Shown: positions 46,889-56,075 of the stretch, piece by piece
Layout: every line of letters begins with the position of its first letter
Numbering within the stretch: position 1 is the stretch's first letter
Assembly (NCBI GenBank): GCA_031291875.1
Contig: JARLIE010000165.1
Span: 1,119 to 65,118 of the forward strand
From: Minisyncoccota bacterium
GTDB taxonomy: Bacteria > Patescibacteriota > Minisyncoccia > Phycocordibacterales > UBA2100
Direction of reading: 5' to 3'
Length of the DNA: 64,000 nucleotides
Notes under the pieces: generated by a model
Database searches by the model: none
What the model was told of the DNA's origin: nothing
What the model saw: the letters and a program-made list of their open reading frames with translations, nothing else
Program-made: the position numbers and the translations under genes

Positions 46889-48589
46889 TCAATTCACGTA
46901 TTCGGGATGATTTGCGATAAGCCACTGGAAGAAAGGGATCAAACTCGCCTCGGCGTTGTGGGTCTCGGACGCCGGTCCTTTCTCCAGAACGACGGCAAAC
47001 GCGTATTTGGGATTGTCTGCCGGCCAGTACCCCACAATCCATGAGTTGACCCACTGGTTGTGTGCGCCGATCTGGGCTGTACCTGTTTTGACCGCCAACT
47101 GGATACCCGGGAGATTGAGAACATTGTCGATTGCATCGCTTCGGTTCGAGGTGATAGCGAGCCTCATACCATCGCGAACGATTGCGAGATTCGAATCTGA
47201 AATGGGAATCTGTGTAAATTGCGGACTCGAAGAGGCAAGGAGCTGTGGTGTGAGTAATTTGCCGCCGTTCGCGATAGCTGCGACGAACCTAGCCGCCTGC
47301 AGCGGCGTCACCTGGAATCCGAACTGTCCGATGCCAGTGTGATAGGTGTCGCCAAGTAGCCAAGTCGGATTCGAGGGAAAAACGGAAGCTTTCCATGCTG
47401 GCGATGGGACGAGTCCCGCTTGTTCGCCAGGGAGTTGGATTCCCGTTTTGGTGCCGAGGCCGAACAACTCGGCGTATTTATCCAGTCCGGAGACACCGAG
47501 CCCTTGTTGGCCCTGGTATCCGCCGGCGATGGTGTAGAAATATTCGTCGGAAGAGACGGCGATCGCCGTTTCCATATCGATCGGTCCGTGCACCGTCCAG
47601 TCGTGGAAAATACTCGGTTGACTGGGATTGTAGGGGTTTGGAATCGTGAGCGCGCCGGTCGAGACGAGGATTTTATTCGGCGAAATGATACCAGCGTCGA
47701 GCGCACCTGCAGCGAAGATGGTCTTTACGATCGAACCCGGCGCATACAGGCCGCCGACGGCACGATCGAGGAGCGGTGAGCTCGGATTCTCGGTCGCTGC
47801 AGCGATCGCCGCGTTATCACCCTGAACGAACGCATTGTTGTCGTATTGCGGGAAGCTCGTAAGCGCGTACACCTGTCCGGTACGAACGTCCATAATGACC
47901 CCCGACCCTCCAACGAATCCGTCGACAGAAGCTCCTTGTACGATCGATTTATAGAGCTCTGCTTGCAAATTAGCGTCGATTGAAAGATACAAATTTTCAC
48001 CGTCTTGTGGCGGCGTAACAATATCGGAGCGTATCTGACGGCCGTGCGCGTCTGTCTCGATCATTGTCGCACCATTTTTGCCTTCAAGCAGCGAATTGTA
48101 CTCGAGCTCCAATCCAGAAGTACCCGAATAATCCGTGCGCCACCAGTTGCCCTGCTTATCAACCTGCGGATACGACAAAAAACCAAGGAGGAGTGAGAAT
48201 CCCGGCTGAGCAATGTACTGACGCAGGGCGAAGGGCTTCGTTGAGGAAGCGCTCGTTTGTGGTGCGGCGACGTTCCAGGCGAGTTCGGTCCCATTACGAT
48301 CGTAAATAATGCCGCGTTGGGCAAAGAGAATATTGCTCGAAAGCGTGTTTTGGAGCGAAATTTGCGCGAAGGTCGCGCCTTGTGCGACCTGCAACGTGAA
48401 CGCACGAGCGCTAAAGGCGATCGCAATACAGGCAAATACGACGCCGACGCCGAATATCGCGCGACGAGACATAGGCCGCTCTACGCGTCCCTCAAACTGC
48501 GTGCGGTTGTGCGCCGGCAAATTGGAAGAATCGAGGAAGATCTCCTCAGGCGCTATTTCATGAATCGTGACGCGCTTGCGGCGGAACAT
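46889..48589 (-). CDS. mrdA: Penicillin-binding protein 2 (class B)
   Basis: RGIIYDRNG, PGSIVK (SxxK), SSD and KTGTAQ; lies in the mre operon. Confidence 0.9.
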   Translation of the reverse strand: MFRRKRVTIHEIAPEEIFLDSSNLPAHNRTQFEGRVERPMSRRAIFGVGVVFACIAIAFSARAFTLQVAQGATFAQISLQNTLSSNILFAQRGIIYDRNGTELAWNVAAPQTSASSTKPFALRQYIAQPGFSLLLGFLSYPQVDKQGNWWRTDYSGTSGLELEYNSLLEGKNGATMIETDAHGRQIRSDIVTPPQDGENLYLSIDANLQAELYKSIVQGASVDGFVGGSGVIMDVRTGQVYALTSFPQYDNNAFVQGDNAAIAAATENPSSPLLDRAVGGLYAPGSIVKTIFAAGALDAGIISPNKILVSTGALTIPNPYNPSQPSIFHDWTVHGPIDMETAIAVSSDEYFYTIAGGYQGQQGLGVSGLDKYAELFGLGTKTGIQLPGEQAGLVPSPAWKASVFPSNPTWLLGDTYHTGIGQFGFQVTPLQAARFVAAIANGGKLLTPQLLASSSPQFTQIPISDSNLAIVRDGMRLAITSNRSDAIDNVLNLPGIQLAVKTGTAQIGAHNQWVNSWIVGYWPADNPKYAFAVVLEKGPASETHNAEASLIPFFQWLIANHPEYVN

Positions 48590-48610
48590 GCGCGTACTAT
48601 ACCAAATTCC

Positions 48611-48865
48611 CTATGACAAAAGTTCTTTGCGCAACGGCTCGAATGCCCATACGACGAGTACTGCGAAAATGGTGAAAAGCGGAAGTCCGTGAAAGCCCGC
48701 TCCGGGCGCGAGCCAAAGCAAATCCATGAATACGCCGAGCGCGATTGCCTCCCACGCGCGAAAGCGCAGCGAGAGTGCAAGGATGCAGATCAGCGGGATG
48801 TACCACGTCCAAAAGATCGCAGCTATAAAGCCGATGACGGCGACAGCAATACGAAGGGCGTTCAT
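48611..48865 (-). CDS. Small membrane protein in the MreD position
   Basis: 84-aa hydrophobic ORF between mreC and PBP2; GVFMDLL resembles the MreD G..D motif. Confidence 0.55.
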   Translation of the reverse strand: MNALRIAVAVIGFIAAIFWTWYIPLICILALSLRFRAWEAIALGVFMDLLWLAPGAGFHGLPLFTIFAVLVVWAFEPLRKELLS

Positions 48866-49644
48866 GGGGATACGTAGACGTATTGCAACGACGAGAGTGA
48901 GACTGGGAGCGAGACGTATACCGCCTGCTGCGCGTTCGCAGGATTCGAGTCGACGTGCTGTACGACGCCTACGGGACGATTTCCCATTTGTGGAGAGAGC
49001 ACAGGATCCCCCACTGCTACCGTGACGCCATGAGGAACCTGCGCGATAGCCTGGCCGCCCGAGCCAGCAGCTACGACAGAGGCACTATCGATGGTTACCG
49101 GCGTCTGCTGTCCCGATGCGAAGAGTTCGGTTACGAGCGATTGATGCGCCTGAACTTGCGAAACTTTGCCGACAACGAAATTGCCGGAGGTAAGCGCGAG
49201 CGATCCGACGGAAACTGAATCCGCGCTACCGGCACCGATCGAAAACGTTCCATACGGAGAACTTATGATCGAGGAGATGATTGGAGCCGCAAGACCAGGG
49301 GTCGTTTGTGCCAAATGTTCGAGAGACGAGAGAGATTGATTTTGCTGTTCGAGCGCAGCGTATGCGCCGCTTTGTAACTGCTCTTGCTGCAATTGCGCCT
49401 GGAGTGCCGCGATCTGCGCCTCAAGCGCGCCCCGGGTCGTGAAATAACCGTTTGCGCCAATCGCCTCACCTGCTTTGCCACCGACCGAAGCGATCGGAGC
49501 CGCTATATCACGCGCGAGCGACGAAAGCTTACCGCCGAGCGCAATATTCAAAAGCAACACGACCACCGCGAGGAACGTCGCCAACATAAGCCGCCGCCGG
49601 GCATTCCTGCCGGATGATCCGCTGTTGCGAAACCCGTTCGCCAT
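48862..49644 (-). CDS. mreC: Rod shape-determining protein MreC
   Basis: TM, coiled coil and beta domains (VVGKV, VAVGDPV); follows mreB. Confidence 0.85.
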   Translation of the reverse strand: MANGFRNSGSSGRNARRRLMLATFLAVVVLLLNIALGGKLSSLARDIAAPIASVGGKAGEAIGANGYFTTRGALEAQIAALQAQLQQEQLQSGAYAALEQQNQSLSSLEHLAQTTPGLAAPIISSIISSPYGTFSIGAGSADSVSVGSLALTSGNFVVGKVSQVQAHQSLVTELFASGQQTPVTIDSASVVAAGSGGQAIAQVPHGVTVAVGDPVLSPQMGNRPVGVVQHVDSNPANAQQAVYVSLPVSLSSLQYVYVSP

Positions 49645-49645
49645 A

Positions 49646-50740
49646 TTATTCCGTCGGCACCAATTCTTCGTCGCTGCCAAGCAATGTCTCCCGGTACGTA
49701 TCCATGTCGTTGAGAATCGCCGAAGTGCCGCGAACGACTGCGGTAAGCGGGTCCGTAGCGACAGTGACGCTTACACCCAAGTGTCGAGTCAATAATTCTG
49801 GCAACCCCCTGATAAGCGCGCCCCCACCCGCGAGGAAAATTCCCCGCTGCATAACGTCGGAAACAATTTCCGGGGGCGTTGTTTCAAGCACTTCTTTGAT
49901 CGACTCGATCAAATCTTCGATGGAGTGTCCGATCGCGTTGCGGATGTCCTGGTCGCTGATAACGATCTCACGCGGAAGCCCAGTCACGAGGTCGCGTCCA
50001 CGAATGACTGCTTCTCGTACGTCGCGCGAGGGTTGGACGCTCGCGATAGCGATCTTAATCTCTTCGGCGCTTTTTTCTCCTATCAAAAGTTTGAACTCAT
50101 TGCGAATGTGCGCGGAGATATCCTGATTGAAACGATCGCCCGCAATGCGAATGTTGCGCGCATTCACCAAGCCGCCAAGCGAAACGATACCAATGTCGGT
50201 CGTGCCGCCGCCAATGTCGATGATCATGCTACCCGAGGGCGAGTGGATCGGCAGTTCGATACCGATTGCCGCAGCCATCGGCTCTTCGATGATATGCACC
50301 TCACGAGCACCCGCGGCGCGTGCTGCGTCGCGTACGGCGCGAACTTCGACCGAGGTGATACCCGAAGGCACGCCGACCGCAACTCGGGGCCCGAGAAGCT
50401 TTGTGTGACCGGCCTGCGCTTTATTGATGAGATATGAGAGCATTTCGCTCGTGATTTCGAAATCCGAGATCACGCCATCGACGACCGGTTGCACCGCGAC
50501 GATATGACTCGGCGTGCGGCCGAGCATGTCCTTCGCCTGCTGGCCGACAGCAACGATTTGGCCTGTCTTTTGGTTTACCGCGACAATCGACGGCTCGTTG
50601 ATGACGATGCCGCGATCTTTCACCCACACGAGCGTGTTAGCTGTGCCAAGATCGATACCAATATCATTCGAAACGAGGCTGAGTGCCGAATCTCTCCACC
50701 GACGCACCTTGCTCATACCGCTGTCCATACGTGTCTTCAT
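49646..50740 (-). CDS. mreB: Rod shape-determining protein MreB
   Basis: GIDLGTANT, EEPMAAAIG, DIGGGTTD and AGGGAL. Exact start uncertain. Confidence 0.95.
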   Translation of the reverse strand: MKTRMDSGMSKVRRWRDSALSLVSNDIGIDLGTANTLVWVKDRGIVINEPSIVAVNQKTGQIVAVGQQAKDMLGRTPSHIVAVQPVVDGVISDFEITSEMLSYLINKAQAGHTKLLGPRVAVGVPSGITSVEVRAVRDAARAAGAREVHIIEEPMAAAIGIELPIHSPSGSMIIDIGGGTTDIGIVSLGGLVNARNIRIAGDRFNQDISAHIRNEFKLLIGEKSAEEIKIAIASVQPSRDVREAVIRGRDLVTGLPREIVISDQDIRNAIGHSIEDLIESIKEVLETTPPEIVSDVMQRGIFLAGGGALIRGLPELLTRHLGVSVTVATDPLTAVVRGTSAILNDMDTYRETLLGSDEELVPTE

Positions 50741-50741
50741 A

Positions 50742-51995
50742 CTATTTTTGTAATTGCTGTACAACTTCCGAATCTTGCACAAAGCCTGTCGAACCGCTTT
50801 GACGATCGACGCGCTCGATTCCACCCTCCGACATAGTCTTTTCTGAAACCACGAGACGAGTCGGGATACCGATGAGATCTGAATCGGCAAACTTTTCACC
50901 GGCACGCACGTCGCGATCGTCGTAGAGCACGTCGATGCCGCTGTCTTTCAAGAGTTCATACAGACGATCTGCTTCCTTTATCACATCCTCGTTACCGCTT
51001 GAGATTGCGACGAGGTGCGCGGAAAACGGCGCGACCGATTCGGGCCAAACAATCCCTTTTTCATCCGCAAACACTTCTACTAGTGCACCAAGCAGGCGCG
51101 AGGTGCCGATTCCGTAGCATCCCATAACAGGCGCCGCTTCGGAGCCGTCTTTTTGCTTGAACTTCAATCCGAGCGCATCCGAAAAACGGGTTCCTAAGCT
51201 GAAAATGTTGCCGACTTCGATCGCTTTTTGCTCGACGAGTTCCTCTTGCGTGACGCCAAGATCGCCCAACACCTCCGGGAGCAGCACTTCTTTGTTGATC
51301 GCAATTTTCTTACCTTCGTGAACGTAGATTGTGTCTTCTCCTATCGGGGAAAGACACTGAAATTCGTGGCTGTACTTGGAGAAAACGCCGCCGGAAGCGA
51401 AGGTGCGGTAGGTGCGATCACCAATACCCAAGCGCTGGAAAATTTTGACATACGCTTCGGCAACTTTTTCGTACACTTTTTCGTGTTCGTCTGCACTCCC
51501 GGCGAAGCTGTACATGTCTTTCATCAAAAATTCTCGGCCGCGCATAATGCCGCTCTTTGCGCGCTCCTCATTGCGATACTTCCACTGGATCTGGTACGCA
51601 AGCTTGGGAAGATCTGCGTACGAGTTGAGGTAATCGCGCATGATGTTCGTAATCGGCTCTTCCGCGGTGAACGCGAGCGATGTGTCGGCACCGTTTTTGA
51701 GCTGAGTCTTGAACCAATTGTCGACAACCTCGTCACTCCAACGACCGGTCTTTTCCCAGAGTTCTTTGTTTTGCAAAACGGACATGGTGAGTTCTTGCCC
51801 GCCGACGGCGTTCATTTCTTCACGCACGATGTCGTTGATCTTATTGAGTACCCGCAGCCCGAGCGGCAAAAACGAATAGACGCCGGCCATTTCTTTGTGA
51901 ATGTATCCGGCGCGAATGAGGAGTTGGGCATTCTTCGCGACCTCGTCCTTAGGAGCGGTCTTTCGAGTCTTTGTGAAAAGCTCCGATTGTCGCAT
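50742..51995 (-). CDS. proS: Prolyl-tRNA synthetase (short, no INS editing domain)
   Basis: MRQS, RGREFLMKDMYSF, EVGNIF and MGCYGIG; 417 aa. Confidence 0.95.
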   Translation of the reverse strand: MRQSELFTKTRKTAPKDEVAKNAQLLIRAGYIHKEMAGVYSFLPLGLRVLNKINDIVREEMNAVGGQELTMSVLQNKELWEKTGRWSDEVVDNWFKTQLKNGADTSLAFTAEEPITNIMRDYLNSYADLPKLAYQIQWKYRNEERAKSGIMRGREFLMKDMYSFAGSADEHEKVYEKVAEAYVKIFQRLGIGDRTYRTFASGGVFSKYSHEFQCLSPIGEDTIYVHEGKKIAINKEVLLPEVLGDLGVTQEELVEQKAIEVGNIFSLGTRFSDALGLKFKQKDGSEAAPVMGCYGIGTSRLLGALVEVFADEKGIVWPESVAPFSAHLVAISSGNEDVIKEADRLYELLKDSGIDVLYDDRDVRAGEKFADSDLIGIPTRLVVSEKTMSEGGIERVDRQSGSTGFVQDSEVVQQLQK

Positions 51996-52012
51996 AGCCG
52001 AGCTATTGTACT

Positions 52013-53104
52013 TTAGGCAAGCAATCGTGCAATGTCGTTATATGTCACAGTGATCATCAGAAGGATGATCAGCGCCACCCCGATCGTATTGAGCAACTGT
52101 ACGGCAAGTTTCGGTGCGCTTTTTCGCATAATCGCCTCGATCGCCAAGATAAAAAGACGGCCGCCGTCAAGCGCGGGAATCGGAATGAGATTGACGATCG
52201 CAAGGTTCACAGAAATGAACGCGGCGAGCTCGATAACCTCCCCAACACCACTTCGCTCCGCTTGTCCTACCTGGGAAACTAATCCGACAGGCCCTTCGAC
52301 GCCTGAGAGGTTCGGCGAACCCTGGAGTGCGGTTTGAATAATTCCCCAAAGCCCTTGTGCGATGAGAACGAAAGAATTGCCGGTTGTGTAAATCGCCTGC
52401 TGCATTGCTTGCAACGGCGAGAGTGCGACGTTGGCGACCATCACTAGCCCGATTCCGATCGCGGGCTGTCCCGCGTTTTGTGTGTTCACCCCATTGGCGG
52501 GGACAACGCTCGAGCTCGTGGTAGCGTTTTGGTGAAGGTACGTTACCGTTAGTGGTACTCCGCCGTGATCCGAAACGAATGCCACCATGGCCGAAGGCGT
52601 GAGCGCAGCGGGCGCGTCGCCGCGCGAATCTTGTATTGAAATGATCTGATCGCCTGCTGCGATGCCTGCAGAATCAGCCGGCGAACCGGGCAATACATCC
52701 GAAACGAACAGTTGTGCGCTCTGATTGGGCTGCAATTGATCGACAACTGCGGGTACTCCCACACCCAATGCGACGGCAAAAAGAACATACGCGGTAATCG
52801 CGTTCATCGCGACTCCTGCAAGGAGAATAATTGCCTGTTTCCAGCGCGGCGCGTCGATGAAGCTTCCCTTACCATGCTCGTTTGCGTCTTCCTGCTCGCC
52901 AAAAAGACGGACGAATCCGCCAAAGGGTATCCAATTGAGCGTGTATTCGGTGCTGTTAATGGTGCCCATCAGCAATGCACGCGGAGGAAATCCGATGCCA
53001 AATTCTTCCACGCGTACGCCAAATAGTTTTGCAGCGGTAAAGTGTCCAAGTTCATGGACCAAAATCAGAAAGACTAGAATGACGACCACTACAACAGCGG
53101 TCAT
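52013..53104 (-). CDS. rseP: RseP/RasP intramembrane zinc protease with PDZ
   Basis: HELGH, PFGGFV, a PDZ domain and NLIPIPALDGG. Confidence 0.93.
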   Translation of the reverse strand: MTAVVVVVILVFLILVHELGHFTAAKLFGVRVEEFGIGFPPRALLMGTINSTEYTLNWIPFGGFVRLFGEQEDANEHGKGSFIDAPRWKQAIILLAGVAMNAITAYVLFAVALGVGVPAVVDQLQPNQSAQLFVSDVLPGSPADSAGIAAGDQIISIQDSRGDAPAALTPSAMVAFVSDHGGVPLTVTYLHQNATTSSSVVPANGVNTQNAGQPAIGIGLVMVANVALSPLQAMQQAIYTTGNSFVLIAQGLWGIIQTALQGSPNLSGVEGPVGLVSQVGQAERSGVGEVIELAAFISVNLAIVNLIPIPALDGGRLFILAIEAIMRKSAPKLAVQLLNTIGVALIILLMITVTYNDIARLLA

Positions 53105-53652
53105 GAGCTCATCTCTGTCTCTTTTGTTTCGAACATTCCTTCGAGCTCTTCGTTGGCTGTGTCGATTTTTTTCTGCAGCTCGTTCTTAAGCGAGAATTTG
53201 TCGTCCTCAGTGATTTTGGAATCACGCTCAAGCTCCTGGATAAGCTTCCATGCTTCATCGCGCGCAATACGAATCGCGGCACGAGCTTCTTCGAGTTTCG
53301 CCTTCGCCATCTTAAGGAGTTCCGTGCGGCGCTCACCGGTTAAATCCGGAAACGTGACTCGAACAACTTGACCGTCGGAAGAGGTGCCGACACCGAGGTT
53401 GGCTGCGGTTATAGAGCGCTCAACATCTTTTATCGTGGAAGCATCATACGGCTGGACTCGAATCGTACGGGCGTCCTCAACACCGATCTGGGCAACTTGC
53501 TTGAGTGGCATCATCGAGCCGTAGGTCGAAACACTCACACTATCCAAAATGGCCGGATTTGCGCGTCCAGTACGAAAATTGCGGAATTCTTTGCTGAGCC
53601 AGTCTTTGGCCGCAGCTACTTTTGTTTCAAGTGGTTTGAAGTCGAATGGCAT
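53101..53652 (-). CDS. frr: Ribosome recycling factor
   Basis: RTGRANP, QPYD, ERR and RIARDE. Confidence 0.95.
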   Translation of the reverse strand: MPFDFKPLETKVAAAKDWLSKEFRNFRTGRANPAILDSVSVSTYGSMMPLKQVAQIGVEDARTIRVQPYDASTIKDVERSITAANLGVGTSSDGQVVRVTFPDLTGERRTELLKMAKAKLEEARAAIRIARDEAWKLIQELERDSKITEDDKFSLKNELQKKIDTANEELEGMFETKETEMSS

Positions 53653-53689
53653 ATGAAATGAGTATAGCTTACTGGTAAAAAGGAGTATA

Positions 53690-54331
53690 TCAGATTAAAA
53701 GTGCGACCTGCTCAAGCAATGCCTTTTGCAGAGATCCTTTATCCCCAAGGTATTTTCGAGCCCGGTACACGGCCTCAAGTGCTGCTCGATTGGCTTCGAT
53801 GTTATTGGACAATGATCGTTCAAGTTCTGCAAGAAATTCGACTGAGCTTGCCACATCCCGCTTATCGTCTTCATCCTTGTCCAAAAGCGGCTTGAGCAAC
53901 TCGAGCCGCTCAGCAGGCTTCGCTGTAATAAACTGATGAGGATCGATTGCAAATTGCGCGACGGCGGAATCAATTGCAAGCAGTTGAGCGCGGGATCGAA
54001 GTGTCGGTAAGAGTATCTGCGGCGATGGAACCACGATAAAAAAGAGTGCGTCGCCGGACGGCTCCTCGAGTGTCTTCAGTAAAGCGTTTTGCGCGTCGAC
54101 AGTAAGGCCTGGCGTAACGATCACGAATACCCGACGACTCGATGCTATCGCTCGTGAGCCGGCTCGCATCGAGAGTTCTCGGGCCTCATCGATACCAAAG
54201 CTCGGATACTCCCGGACATACACATCCGGATTTCCCCGAGGAGCGATTCCCTCTTTTTCTAGCAGGGAAAGAATGGAGTCGATCGTTTGGCCGTTTCCCT
54301 GCACCAGCTGCACGTTGCCGACGAGATTCAT
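53690..54331 (-). CDS. holB: DNA polymerase III delta-prime-like clamp-loader subunit (short)
   Basis: NPD, GIDEAR, AQNALLKTLEEP and LPTLRSR. Confidence 0.8.
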   Translation of the reverse strand: MNLVGNVQLVQGNGQTIDSILSLLEKEGIAPRGNPDVYVREYPSFGIDEARELSMRAGSRAIASSRRVFVIVTPGLTVDAQNALLKTLEEPSGDALFFIVVPSPQILLPTLRSRAQLLAIDSAVAQFAIDPHQFITAKPAERLELLKPLLDKDEDDKRDVASSVEFLAELERSLSNNIEANRAALEAVYRARKYLGDKGSLQKALLEQVALLI

Positions 54332-54343
54332 GCGCCGAAATGC

Positions 54344-55360
54344 TCAACGCTTTGCGATAATCGCTTTTTTGTACGTATCCAAGTGTTTGAGGGCTTCACC
54401 CGTCCCTTTGGCGACGCAATAGGGCGCATCTTTCGCAAGGCGAGCCTTCACACCAGTGCGGCGGAAGACGAGCTCCGGGAGGTTGCGCAGAAGGCTTGAG
54501 CCGCCTGTCATCGTGATGCCATTGTCGATAATATCAGCGGCCAATTCCGGTGGAGTTTCTTGCAAGACATCTTTGATGGCTTGTACCATGGTACGCAATT
54601 CTTTACCGATGGCGCGCACCACCTCGTTGGTACCGAGCTCGATCGAACGCGGGAGCCCCGTAAGGTGGTCGCGGCCCTTCACGGTCATCATGAGCTCTTC
54701 GTCGACGGGAACGGCCGAGCCGATGTGGATCTTAATTTCCTCAGCCATCTTGTCGCCAATGCCGAGATTGAAGGTCTTCTTGATGTAGTCGGCAATCGCA
54801 TGATCAATGGCATTGCCCGCGCACTTGACCGAAGTAGAAGCGACAATGCCGCCGAGCGAAATGACGGCAACGTCCGTCGTACCACCGCCGATGTCCACAA
54901 TCATGTGTCCACGCGCCTCGTGAATCGGGATGCCAGCGCCGATCGCCGCCAGGATTGGCTCTTTTACGACGTATGCCTCGCGCGCACCCGCTTTCGTTGC
55001 GGCCTCAACGACAGCGCGGCGCTCCGTCGATGTGACACCGGCAGGAACTGACACCATTACTTCAGGTTTGAAAAGATTCCATTTTCCGAGCGACTTGCGG
55101 ATGTAGTAGCGGAGCATCGCTTCGGTCACGCGATAATCGGCGATAACACCGTCCTTCATTGGGCGATACGCGATAATTTCGTCAGGGGTTCGGCCCACCA
55201 TTTCTTTCGCCTCGTTGCCGATCGCGAGGATCTTGTTGTCGCCATGCGAAACAGCAACAACCGAAGGCTCGTTCAAAACGATGCCGGTGCCCGGGACGAA
55301 GACCAGAACGGTCGTGGTACCAAGATCGATACCGAGTTTCGGAGAAAACGAATAGGTCAT
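54344..55360 (-). CDS. mreB: Second MreB/Mbl paralog
   Basis: GIDLGT, RPMKDGVIAD, DIGGGTTD and TGGSSLL. Confidence 0.93.
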   Translation of the reverse strand: MTYSFSPKLGIDLGTTTVLVFVPGTGIVLNEPSVVAVSHGDNKILAIGNEAKEMVGRTPDEIIAYRPMKDGVIADYRVTEAMLRYYIRKSLGKWNLFKPEVMVSVPAGVTSTERRAVVEAATKAGAREAYVVKEPILAAIGAGIPIHEARGHMIVDIGGGTTDVAVISLGGIVASTSVKCAGNAIDHAIADYIKKTFNLGIGDKMAEEIKIHIGSAVPVDEELMMTVKGRDHLTGLPRSIELGTNEVVRAIGKELRTMVQAIKDVLQETPPELAADIIDNGITMTGGSSLLRNLPELVFRRTGVKARLAKDAPYCVAKGTGEALKHLDTYKKAIIAKR

Positions 55361-55436
55361 AGCTCGGGCATTGTAGCGTGCTTACCCGCTTTCACAAACG
55401 TGTTGACAGCAATAAACGACAGCAGTAGTATCCGAA

Positions 55437-55537
55437 GCAGCTCAATTCACCAATTCGGCTTCCCCAACGCCCCCCCTGATGGAGGCCGAATACCCAGAGG
55501 CCACGCTTTTCCCCCAAGAGCGTGGCCTCATTTTTTT
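55437..55537 (+). ncRNA. Candidate 6C-like small RNA (two hairpins with C-rich loops)
   Basis: Promoter TTGACA-17-TAGTAT (55403-55431); 11-bp stem with a C7 loop; 14-bp terminator stem with a C5 loop and U7 tail; no ORF. Confidence 0.6.
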
Positions 55538-55880
55538 ACATACGGTCTTGCTGCCTGCTTGCCGTGCGAGGCGTAACCTTCCCCGCTTTACCTTTCTCTC
55601 TAGGATCTGACGAGTCTGTCTCGTGCTTTTTGGGATTGATCTCCCACCAGAATTTCTTCGAAAAGTTCTGTGAGTCGTCGCAGACTCGTTTGAGATAGTA
55701 CAAATCTTTGGTGGGAATTTTTTCAAGCAATTTCCCCATTCGAGACATGGTTATCTTGGGATAGTTATCACGCATGCGCTGCGCGTTGAGTCGCTGACAA
55801 AAATACTTCATGAGTTCGCCGCGCTCTGTCTCTTTCGACTTCGAAAGTGTACGTTTGATGTGATCCTTGATGTGTTCCAC
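55536..55880 (-). CDS. Basic hypothetical protein
   Basis: 114 aa; GTG start 6 nt after TACAAT; DLYYL..C..FSKKFWW segment. Confidence 0.7.
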   Translation of the reverse strand: MEHIKDHIKRTLSKSKETERGELMKYFCQRLNAQRMRDNYPKITMSRMGKLLEKIPTKDLYYLKRVCDDSQNFSKKFWWEINPKKHETDSSDPREKGKAGKVTPRTASRQQDRM

Positions 55881-55921
55881 CTACCCATTGTAGCAAAAGT
55901 CGAAATCTGCTATGGTGCAGG

Positions 55922-56061
55922 TCCGTTGCCTCGCCCCTTGGTACCGCCGCACCGAGGGTGTGAGGCGGGTCGGCGAGAGATGGCGCAATGGTCTCTCGTG
56001 CAGCCGCTCTCGCCGGCCCACATATTGCTCTTAGAGCCGCCCATGCGGCTCTTCTTTTTTT
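55922..56061 (+). ncRNA. Candidate structured RNA/attenuator upstream of def-fmt
   Basis: Promoter TTGTAG-17-TATGGT; two long GC-rich hairpins; terminator AGAGCCGC-CCAT-GCGGCTCT plus a U-tract. Confidence 0.5.
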
Positions 56062-56075
56062 GCTATAGTTCCGCT

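Noticed and set aside
55917-55925. CAGGTCCG resembling the SRP RNA domain IV motif
   Set aside because: The GGAA tetraloop and GGAAGCAG strand are missing.
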